Source of the DNA: a virus
Taxonomy: Duplodnaviria > Caudoviricetes
DNA: 64,000 nt
IMG/VR virus record: IMGVR_UViG_2684623126_000004
Direction: 5' to 3' (one strand)
The position numbers and the translations under genes were made by a program. The first letter of the stretch is position 1; every line of letters starts with the position of its first letter. Positions 16,763 to 26,200 of the stretch are shown piece after piece. A model generated the notes under the pieces. That model did no database searches, was not told the origin of the DNA, and worked only from the letters and a program-made list of their open reading frames with translations.

Positions 16763-19700
16763 TCAGATTTCACGGGTGGCGGGGGCGAGCTCCAATTGCT
16801 CCTGCGCCTTCGGGTAGGTCTTGATGAGGTATTCCCACGTCGAACGATACACGTTCCACGTCAGGGCGTCTCCATCCCACTTGAATTTGCCGCTCCCGGC
16901 CACGCCGGCGCACTGCTTGATGGTTTCCTTCCAGGCGCGGGTGTTGCCCTTGATGCCCACCACGTCGTTCGGCAGGTCGCCCTTGGGCTGGCCGCCCGTC
17001 ACCACCTTGCGCACGGCTTCCTCGATGGCGCGCTTGAACTGGTACGGCAGATAGTCGCTGGCCGGATCCTTCGCCTGCCAGTCGAACCACGGCGCCGCCG
17101 CGCGCATGAAGGCGGAAGCCTGCTCGATGATTTCCGGCTCGCTCTCACCGGTCAGCGCGGCCTTCAGGGCATCCAGCGAGACATTGCTCTCGATCTCGTT
17201 CTGCACCCACATATCGAAGTTGTCGAAGTCCGCGATGGTCATCTTCAACCCGTAGGCCGTGGCGAACTCGCGCATCGCGGCGCGGTGCTTGTCGGCGCTG
17301 TTGCCATAGGCTCCACCGCCGATGCGCTCCACTGCCGCATCGCTGGGCACCACGAAATTTCCAGCCTCGTCGAACGATCTGATGATGGCCTTCTGGCTGT
17401 CGAAGATGCGCTGCATGACCGTGGTCTTGCTGGCATCGCGCGGGGGAATGACGTAGGGGAAGAATGGCTGCGGCAGCATGTACGAATGCGTGGCATACGC
17501 TACCAGTGCCTCGGTCTTGCGGCGCTGCGCCACCTCGGGCACGACCTCGTTGAAGCCGTTCTCGATGGTGCCGCCGCTATTCACCTTGTCCTCGATTTTG
17601 GCGGCGTCGGTGATGCAGGCATCGTAGTCGGCGGTGCCGCGATAGACCCACTCGCCGGCGAGAACGTCCTGGGTATTGGCCGCCAGCGGCTGGCCGTTGA
17701 GCGTCCGCCCGAAGGCGCGCGGGACGCCCTTGACCAGGGACAGCACGGCCAGCCCGCCCTTCACGCGGACGAAGGTGCCGTCCAGCAGCGGCTTCCCGTT
17801 GTAGATGATGCCGTTGCCGGCGGCGATGTCCTCGGCTACGCTCGCCGGGTAGCCGCCGGATTCCTCGGCCTGGCGTGCGAAGTTGGCCTTGGATTCCGCG
17901 ATCATGGACTGGGCCATATCCACTTCGGCCTGCCATTCGTTGGTGATGGGGCCGCCCTCGGTCGCCTCGATGGCGAACGCCGGGTAGGTGCGGCCCAGCA
18001 GCATGGATTCGATGTCGTCGTCCTTCTGCTTCCTCGGGTTGCTGCGCAACGCGGAGAAGAAGGCGTCCAGCGTGGCCGCTTCCCTCACCTGGCCGCCGGC
18101 GCGCCACTCGGTACGGAACAGGGTCGCCGATTCCTCGATCTGCCGGCGCAGGCCGCCCATGCTGGCGGTCAGCTCGGCCAACAGGCTTTCGTTCTTGGCG
18201 ACGGCGGTAGCCGTAGCCTTCGGGTTGCTGATGCGGTCGCGCAGGGTCGCGGCCTGCCGTTCCAGCTTCCAGAGGCCGATGACCTTGCGGATGATGAAGC
18301 TGTCCGCGCTCTTGTTGTCGTTCAGGAAGGCGTTTTGCTTGCGGATGGTGTCCAGGTTAATCATCTGGCGGTCGCGGTTATTGGCCGCGCGCGCCTGGGC
18401 TTCCTTGACCGCGATGGTTTCCTGCATCCGGCGCATAGCATCGGCGTCGCCCACCACGTCGATCAGGGCTTCCATCTGCTCCTTCGACAGGCCGCCGGTG
18501 ACAGCCACGCTGCCGGAGCCATTCACGTCCATGACCTGGCCGATCCAGTCCGCCTTCTTGTTCACCATCGAACGCTTGCTGGTGTCGAAGGTGCCGTCGG
18601 CGTCGTAGTAGTAGAGGCTCACGCGCTGGGTCTTGTTGCCCTGGCGCACACCGCGCCCGTTGCGCTGTTCCAGGCTATCCGGCGTCCAGCCGATGGTCAG
18701 GTGGTGGATTGCCTGCGTGCCCTTCTGAAGGTTGATACCCACCTCGGCCTTCTCGTTGGCGATGACGGTCTGGTACTTGTTGTCATCGCCGCCGGCGTTG
18801 AAGCCGTCCTGCACCGCAAGAATCTCGTCGGGCGAGTTGTTCGTGCGGCCCGTGATGACGGCGATGGCAGCGGAGGGGATACCGGCGCGACGGGTCAGCA
18901 GGCGCTTGATCTTGTTGTGCAGCGGGAGAATGTCGCAGAACACGATTTGCTTGACGATGGACGCCGTAGCACCGCTTTCGTCGATGCCGCGCGGGCTGGC
19001 CTGCTCGTGCTGGAAGTTTTCGAGCATGGCGGCCAGCTTCGGCGGCACGGAAACGTCGAGGTCGAGGCCCAGCTTTTCGGCGATGGCCTCGAAGGCGCTC
19101 TGCGTGTCGGGGTCGATGGTGTCGATCACCACGCGGTTTCCGTCGATGACCTTGGCCTGCACTTGAATCTTCAGCAGTTCGGTTTCCTGGCCGGCGGTGT
19201 CCTTGATGGTGCGGTGCCCGACGATGGCCTTCTCGTCGGTCATGGGGCCGGGCCGGGGGCGTTCCTCGATGAACTTCTTGCCGTTGAACTGGGTGATGGC
19301 GTCCTTGGCCTTGGCGGCCTGGGTCTGGATGAAGCTGTAGAAGGTGGCGCGCTGGTCGAGCTCGGGATCCGCAATCAGCAGCGTCATCTTGTTGATGAGG
19401 TTGAATGGGTGCCCGATGAGGTTCAATTCCTCGCCGAAGTGCTCCGCCACCTGGTCGTAGGCGGCTTGATCGCCACGGTTCGGCGACTTCTCGGAAATGA
19501 GGTCGATGGCCCAGCGGAACGCGCCCTTGTAGAGCTTCAGGCGATCCACGATGTCCGGCGGCAGCGTTACCGGCGTGGCCTTCTCTTCGCGGTCAGGAAC
19601 CACGATTTGCTCACCCACGTCCTCGGCGCTCTTGATGGTGGCCACCTCGCCGATGGCCTTGCGCAGCACGCCCACGTTGTTCAGGCCCACGAACACGTCG

Positions 19701-22700
19701 GTGGTGCGCGCCACGCCGTCCATCGTCACGTCGTCCTGGTTCTCCTTGGCGCACATCATTTCCATGAAGTTGTCGGCGCCCCGGATGCCCAGGCACATAT
19801 CATTGACGCGCTCGTGGCCGGCGGCCAGAGACAGCATCGCGTACATTTCCAGCGGGCTATTGGTGATCGGCGTGGCCGTCAGCATGAGCACGCCATCCTT
19901 GCGCTCGGACTTACCACGGATGAACCAGGCTTTGGCCTGCGCGTCGATACCGCGCCGGGACGCCGGCGACAGGGACAGGAACTTGGCGCTCTTGAAGTCC
20001 ACCGTCTGGGCGGAGTTCTTGAAGACGTGCGCCTCGTCGAATACCACGCTGTCGATGCCCATGTCTTCGAGGTACGGCGCGCCGCCGCGCTTGTCCGACA
20101 GGACGGCCAGTAGGCCCGCCTGCTTGCCCTTGGCGCGCTCGTCCTCCTTCTTGTCCATGCTCTCGGCGAAGCTGGCGTCAGCCTGGCGCATGAACGCCTC
20201 GTAAGCGCTGATGGTGTCGTCGCGCAGCCGGATCCGCTCGAACGCTTCGAGGGTCATAAAAATCTTGCTGTGGCGGTTCTCCATCACCGCCGTCAGGTCG
20301 GTGTCGAAGTTGGACGAACTGACGGTCGCCTTGCCGTCCTTGCCCACACGCAGACCGATGAACAGGCAATCGTCGGTGCTGGCATAGGCGCGCGAGGCTT
20401 CCTTGCGCCAGTTCGACAGCACGGAGTTGGGCACGACGAAGGCCGTCTTGGCCTTGACGCCGATGCTCTGGGCGTACTGGGTCGCTGCCAGCGCCGTGAA
20501 GGTCTTGCCCAGGCCCACGCCGAAGCCGTTGATGCCGCCGAATTCACGGCTGGTTTTGCGCACGTAGGAATTCTGGTAGCCGTGCAAGGTGAGGTTGGGA
20601 TTCATGCCGGGAATCGGCATCGGGGCCTCGTCCTCCACCTGGCGGAAACGCAGCTTCGCGGGGTCGGATGCGATGGCTTCCAGGCGGGCCACGATGGCGC
20701 GGTTGCCGCGCACCCAGCCGTTGAACTGCTCGTTGGCGGTATTCACCATGCGGCGCAGCTCTTGCAGGGCCTTGGCGTCCTCCATGCCCAGCTTGACGCC
20801 GCCCAGGGTGATCGTGCCGTTCTTCAGGTAGTCGCCGATGCGGTTCAGCAGCTTTTCGCGGTCGGTGAGATTGCTCCCCGGCACGTCGATGTCCACGCGC
20901 TTCTCGCCCGTGCGCTCGTCGTAGATGACGGCGGCGGACGGATGCACGAAGCGGCGCAGGAAGTCGGCCTTCTCTTCCAGGGAGACGTGCGGGCTGAACA
21001 GGTTGAAGGTCAGCTTCGACACATCCACCTTGTCGATGCGGGCGGCGGCGTCCATCTTCTGGCGCAGCAGCTTGGCCCGCACTTCCTCGGTGGCCGCGCT
21101 GGCGATGTCGGCATCCACGCGCGTCAGGAAGTCGGCGTAGTTGCCCACGTAGTAATCGTCCGCGCGCGTGACGCTCTTGCCGTCCGGCGACAGGCACCAG
21201 GCCGGGTCGGCGTGCGGGTCGAAGCTCTCGCCGTAGATGGCCTTGGCGTCGTCCAGTCCGGCCCAGATGGATTTCGTCTTGTAGCGCAAGCCCTCGAAGG
21301 TGGAATCCGCCGTGGTTTCGACGCTCGGGGCTGCCTGCTGCACGTCGCCGCGCCAGACTGCCGAAAATCCGGTCTTCTTCTGGTAGTGGTTGCCGATGGT
21401 CAGCAGGCCGTCGCGCAACTTCCCGCCCAGCGCCGACGGGCGCTTCTTGGCGACGCCGGCGACGCGCTGCATGGCGTCGGACAGGGCCGGATACTCGGCC
21501 AAGAAATTGACGCCGGTTTCCTCGCCCAGGCGCTCTTGAAGCACCTGGGCGGCGGCCATGCCGACGATGCCGGCGTTCCAGAACTGGGCGCGGTCAGCAT
21601 CGGTCTTCAGGCGGCGAATCTCGGCCATCGCGCCGCGCAGCCAGTCGGGAATGTCCAGCGACTGCGAGGTTTCCACCATGTAATTGACGCACTTCTCGGC
21701 GTCCGGCCAGGTGATAGCGGCCTCGAAGGCATCGTAGGGGCTCTTCAGCTTGCCCACCATGTCAGCCATGCTGGCGCTGTCCTCGCTGCGCGCCATTGGA
21801 ACCCAGCGGCCATCCTGCATTTGCAGGGTCTGCCCAGCCTGGGTGATGGTGTCGCCGTCGCGGTAGATGATGGGCGTGGTTTCAGCCTCGCCCAGCACGT
21901 CCCAATTCACGCGCGAATCAGGGAAGCGTTTGAGCATCCGCGCGATTTCGCTGATGGGGGCCTTGGTGATGACGCGATCCACATCGCGGAACTTGGCCGG
22001 GTCTTTGGGCACGAACTCGCCCAATACGAACCGCTTGCCCTCGCCGTCGAAGTAGCGGCCCTCGATGAAGGGCTGCCACTGCACGTTCGTCTCGATCAGC
22101 ACCTTGGGGGACTGCTCGCGCAGCTCGGCGATCTTGTCCAGGGTGTCGCGGCTGTATTTTCGGAACGCGATCACGTCCGTCATGGTGTCCGCGCTGGCCG
22201 TGCCGAACACGGCATTGGGGAGCCGGTAGGCCCCCAGGAACTCCGCGACGTAGCTGGCCTTGACGCGCAGTTCTTCTTCCTTGCCGCCCTTGCCGGAGAC
22301 GCAGCGCGGCGGCGTGATGAACACGGCCAGGCCGCCCGGCTTCAGCTTTTCCAGCGAGCGCAGGATGAAGTAGTTTTGCAGCGGTTCCTTCTGGTAGCGG
22401 CTGTCCAGCAATTGGTTCCCGCCACGGTCAGCGACGCCGCCAAAGGGGACATTCGTCACCACCGCGTCGTACTGCTCGTCCGGCGTGGCTGCGGCCACCT
22501 TCTCGAACGGGGAAACCGTCGCGGTGTAGCCAGGGCCATCATTCACCAGGCCGTTGATGCGGCCCGACGTTTCATTCAGCTCCACCGCGTCGATAGCGGC
22601 GGACAGGGGCGCAGTCGCGCCGAAGACGCCCACGCCAGCGCACGGGTCGAGCACCTTGCCGCCGGAGAAGCCCAGCTCTCCCATGAGCTCCCAGACGCCT

Positions 22701-23209
22701 TCGGCGATGGGCTTGGGGGTGTAATACTCGTAGGCGCTGCCCTTCTTGCCGTCGGCGCCGATGAGCGCGCCGCCGGTGCCGGAATACTTCGCCAGAACCA
22801 GCTTTTCTTCCGGCGTCAGGCGCGCCGCATCCACTTCGCCAGTGTCGATGCGACGGAGCAAAGCCATCGCAGCGGTGTTGTCCTTCTTGCGCTGGGCCGG
22901 CTTGCGGTTAGGGTCAAACTCGTAATACTGGGCAGTCTGGTTGCGCGGCGCAGGCGGGGCGTCATCGCCGGCGGCGGCATCCGTCGGCGCGGCAGTTTCA
23001 GCCTGGGCGGTAGCGCCCCCCGTGGCCGTTTGGGCCGCGCCCAGTTCGACGCGGATCTGGTTCGCGCGCGCGGCCAGCTTCAGGCGCGCAAGCGCGTTGT
23101 CGGCATCCTTCAGACCCGCCTTGACGCGGGCGAGCTCGCCCACCAGTTTCAGCCGTGCCAGCACGCCACCTTTTCCCACGGCGCTATCGAAGGCGATACG
23201 GTTCAGCAT
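16763..23209 (-). CDS. darB: DarB-like virion-delivered antirestriction protein, 2148 aa: N6-methyltransferase plus SNF2 helicase
   Basis: LDPCAGVG and TNVPF MTase motifs; GVGLGKT, DEAH, QRNGRGVRQGN helicase motifs; N-terminal LARLKL repeats. Confidence 0.88.
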   Translation of the reverse strand: MLNRIAFDSAVGKGGVLARLKLVGELARVKAGLKDADNALARLKLAARANQIRVELGAAQTATGGATAQAETAAPTDAAAGDDAPPAPRNQTAQYYEFDPNRKPAQRKKDNTAAMALLRRIDTGEVDAARLTPEEKLVLAKYSGTGGALIGADGKKGSAYEYYTPKPIAEGVWELMGELGFSGGKVLDPCAGVGVFGATAPLSAAIDAVELNETSGRINGLVNDGPGYTATVSPFEKVAAATPDEQYDAVVTNVPFGGVADRGGNQLLDSRYQKEPLQNYFILRSLEKLKPGGLAVFITPPRCVSGKGGKEEELRVKASYVAEFLGAYRLPNAVFGTASADTMTDVIAFRKYSRDTLDKIAELREQSPKVLIETNVQWQPFIEGRYFDGEGKRFVLGEFVPKDPAKFRDVDRVITKAPISEIARMLKRFPDSRVNWDVLGEAETTPIIYRDGDTITQAGQTLQMQDGRWVPMARSEDSASMADMVGKLKSPYDAFEAAITWPDAEKCVNYMVETSQSLDIPDWLRGAMAEIRRLKTDADRAQFWNAGIVGMAAAQVLQERLGEETGVNFLAEYPALSDAMQRVAGVAKKRPSALGGKLRDGLLTIGNHYQKKTGFSAVWRGDVQQAAPSVETTADSTFEGLRYKTKSIWAGLDDAKAIYGESFDPHADPAWCLSPDGKSVTRADDYYVGNYADFLTRVDADIASAATEEVRAKLLRQKMDAAARIDKVDVSKLTFNLFSPHVSLEEKADFLRRFVHPSAAVIYDERTGEKRVDIDVPGSNLTDREKLLNRIGDYLKNGTITLGGVKLGMEDAKALQELRRMVNTANEQFNGWVRGNRAIVARLEAIASDPAKLRFRQVEDEAPMPIPGMNPNLTLHGYQNSYVRKTSREFGGINGFGVGLGKTFTALAATQYAQSIGVKAKTAFVVPNSVLSNWRKEASRAYASTDDCLFIGLRVGKDGKATVSSSNFDTDLTAVMENRHSKIFMTLEAFERIRLRDDTISAYEAFMRQADASFAESMDKKEDERAKGKQAGLLAVLSDKRGGAPYLEDMGIDSVVFDEAHVFKNSAQTVDFKSAKFLSLSPASRRGIDAQAKAWFIRGKSERKDGVLMLTATPITNSPLEMYAMLSLAAGHERVNDMCLGIRGADNFMEMMCAKENQDDVTMDGVARTTDVFVGLNNVGVLRKAIGEVATIKSAEDVGEQIVVPDREEKATPVTLPPDIVDRLKLYKGAFRWAIDLISEKSPNRGDQAAYDQVAEHFGEELNLIGHPFNLINKMTLLIADPELDQRATFYSFIQTQAAKAKDAITQFNGKKFIEERPRPGPMTDEKAIVGHRTIKDTAGQETELLKIQVQAKVIDGNRVVIDTIDPDTQSAFEAIAEKLGLDLDVSVPPKLAAMLENFQHEQASPRGIDESGATASIVKQIVFCDILPLHNKIKRLLTRRAGIPSAAIAVITGRTNNSPDEILAVQDGFNAGGDDNKYQTVIANEKAEVGINLQKGTQAIHHLTIGWTPDSLEQRNGRGVRQGNKTQRVSLYYYDADGTFDTSKRSMVNKKADWIGQVMDVNGSGSVAVTGGLSKEQMEALIDVVGDADAMRRMQETIAVKEAQARAANNRDRQMINLDTIRKQNAFLNDNKSADSFIIRKVIGLWKLERQAATLRDRISNPKATATAVAKNESLLAELTASMGGLRRQIEESATLFRTEWRAGGQVREAATLDAFFSALRSNPRKQKDDDIESMLLGRTYPAFAIEATEGGPITNEWQAEVDMAQSMIAESKANFARQAEESGGYPASVAEDIAAGNGIIYNGKPLLDGTFVRVKGGLAVLSLVKGVPRAFGRTLNGQPLAANTQDVLAGEWVYRGTADYDACITDAAKIEDKVNSGGTIENGFNEVVPEVAQRRKTEALVAYATHSYMLPQPFFPYVIPPRDASKTTVMQRIFDSQKAIIRSFDEAGNFVVPSDAAVERIGGGAYGNSADKHRAAMREFATAYGLKMTIADFDNFDMWVQNEIESNVSLDALKAALTGESEPEIIEQASAFMRAAAPWFDWQAKDPASDYLPYQFKRAIEEAVRKVVTGGQPKGDLPNDVVGIKGNTRAWKETIKQCAGVAGSGKFKWDGDALTWNVYRSTWEYLIKTYPKAQEQLELAPATREI

Positions 23210-23222
23210 GTCTTTCTTCCCT

Positions 23223-26200
23223 TCAGGAGAGGTTGGCGGTAGCGGCCAGCATGGCGTTCTGGTAGGTAGCCACGGCTTGCTCGAACAGGGTCACAAGCGC
23301 GGGGTCGTCTTGGTTGCGGTTGAAGGCGGCTTCCAGCGTGTCGGCGAGGTCAGGGGCCAGAATGTCGGGCACCGTGCCGTCGATGACGGACTGGAACAGG
23401 GCGCGGTCGGCATCCTTCTGCGGATCGGCCTGGCCGTCGCCAGCACCGCGCTTGGCGGCCTCGGCGTCCGCAATGGCGATGGCCGCTCCAACATCGGTCG
23501 TCCGGCCAATCTCGGCTGCCGCGCCCGTGATGCCGCCACTAAAGCCCACGGTGAGGCGCACCACAAAGCCGTCTTCAGTCACCCGGATGTTGAACTGAAG
23601 TTTCTTGTCGCCAGCCTGCACCGAGCGCACGTAGTCGTTGTTCAGAACGCGGCTGAAGCCGGCGGCGATCAACTCGGGAACGTCCGGCGAAATGTCGGGC
23701 AGCGCATCCGGTGCGGCGGTTTGCTGCGGCTGCTCTTCGGCGGCAGTCTTGCCGCGAATTTGCCCGATGGTCTTGGGGTTGAAGTGAAAGTCCAGTTCCA
23801 CGCCGGCCTCCGTGAGTTCGTAGATGCTGATGTAGCCCAGCTCGCCGCCATCGCCGTACAAGTCGGCCAGGCCGAACGCCTGCTCGGTTCCGGTTCCCTC
23901 CATGTCCTTCTCGGTGATGTACCAGTCGCCAGCGCCACGGAAGTAGTGCAGGTGGGCCACGGCCTCGTCGCCCTTGCCGTCCTGGTCGTAGGTCTTCGGC
24001 ATGGTGGCGATGACGCCGGCCAGCTCCTTCATCTTGTCCGCGAAGAACTGCCATTCCTCGCCCATCAGCCCGGCGATGACGGCCTTGTTTTGGGCTTCCG
24101 ACATCCAGCGGTTCATGCCGGTGTCGGTCAGCACCTTGAGCGCGTCCATGCGGTCTTTCGCCGGGCCGGTGAAGGCTTCAGCCTGCGCGGTGGTGGGCTG
24201 CTCTTCAGCAGAGAACAGGGCCTCCACCATTTCCGGGGCATCGTCTTCGGAATACATGAACGGGCGGCCCTCGCTGCCCTTCACGCGCTCGTCGCCGGCC
24301 TCGCCGACATACACCATCGCCTTGCCGTCGTCGCCGATGTCGATGCGGCCCAGCACCTGGTCGCCCTTCTTGACCTTGCCCACGTAGCCGTCGTCATCCA
24401 CTCCGTCCAGCGCGGGCGACTGCTCGGGCTTCGCGCCCGCGCGCCCGGTCAGTCGGTCGCTGATGGCGCGGGCATCGTTGGCAAATGCACCTATGCGATC
24501 CGTTTCCTCTTGCGTCATTTCCACACCGGAAAGCGACGCTCCGAAAGACATCACCGAACGCAGCGGCACGAGCGCACTATCGAAGGTGGCGATTTCGCTC
24601 ACGCTGTCCAGCGCAGCGGCGAACTTCTCATCCGACGCGAGGAAGACGCTGAAGTTGTTGAGCAGGGCCTTGGTGGCCGCGACGGCGCGCACCTCGGTTT
24701 CAACCTCGAAACCGGCGGCGCTGTCCAGGGCCGTCTCCACGTCGAACGTAGCCCCGACTTCGGCTTCGTCCGGCTCGTAGTCGCCCTCGGTCAGGATGGC
24801 GATGGCTTCCTCAATGCTGGCCGCTACCTCGGCTTCGAGGTCGGCTTGCTCGGTGTTGCCCTCGCTGCGGTTGATGGGCTCGTTGTTCTTCGCCACATCC
24901 AGCGCCTGTTGCAGGGCAGCGACGGCGTGGCCGGTATCGTCGAGCGACGCGACAAGATCCCGGCCCTCGTTCGTCAGCCAGTTGTAGCCGTCACGGCGCT
25001 CGATGTAGCCGCGCTCCACCAGCGAATCTCGGGACGCCTTGGACGGCACATCGCCGTCCTCGATCTTGGGGTTCTTCTTCATGGCGCGCAGCGTGTCGAA
25101 CTCGCCGCCGTCAAATTGCTCACCGGCGATGGTATGGACGGAATCCATCGCAGCGCCGGCGAACTCGCCCCACTCGATTTCCGCGCCGTGGCGCTTGGCG
25201 GCCTCGTCCATGCCCTTCGCGGTCACGAACGGCGAGTAGTCGCCCTTCAGCACGGATTCCGACAGCCAGAGCTTGAATTCGTCGGTAGCACTGGTGAAAC
25301 GGTAGGCTTCATCGACGGCGGCGATTTTCTCGGCGTCGGTCTTCTCGGACTGCGGCTCGGCCACGCCCAGCGATTCCAGCGCCTGGCGCAGGCCGCCGAA
25401 GGCCAGCGCGGCCTTCAGGAAGCCGTTGAAGTTCTTGCTCTTCAGGCCCGTGATGCGGTCGCCCTTGCGCACGTAGTACGAGGTCGCGGCGCCGCGCTTG
25501 CGTGCCACCACCTCGCCGAAGCCCTGCTCGAAGAGCGATTTCACGAAGTCCTGCCCGTTGCTGACGGTGCCTTCGGTCGTGCGCACGCTGATGGAGGTCA
25601 GCCCGTTCCAGGCCCACTTCAGGTTGTCGTCGCGGCGCTTGGCTTCTTGGGCCTCGCTGCGTTGCGCTTCCAGTTCGGCGCGCTTTTCAGCGGTGATGCC
25701 CGCCCATTCGTCGATCTGCGGGCGACGGTCGCGCTGGGTCTTCGCCAGCTTGATGCCCGTGGCGCGCTCGAAAATCTCGGCGCTGGACTTGTTGTCGAGG
25801 TTGCTCAAGATGCTCCACGCCAGCGCGGCGTCCTTCGCCTCGATGGCGGCGACGATTTGCGGGGTCTGGCTGCCGGTGTCGATGCCGGCCTTGTGGAAGA
25901 CGGCGGTGGCCACGTCGGCGAGCGGCGTTTCCGGGGTCAGCGCGGCGACTTCCGACGTGCCCTTGGCGATCAGGCGTTCCTTGGCGATGGACTGAATCCG
26001 GTCGCGCGCGGAAGCGGCGGCGTCCAGGGCGGCACTCCACGCGGCGAAGCCGGGATCTTCGCGCAGGCTGGAAAGGCGCTCGTCCCAGGTCTTGATGCCG
26101 CCAGCTTCCAGCGCCTGCGACGCCTTGCCGATGATGTCGTACTGGCCGGCGCGAGACGCGACGCCCAGTTTGTCGAGCTCGGCGCGCATGGTCTGGGTGT

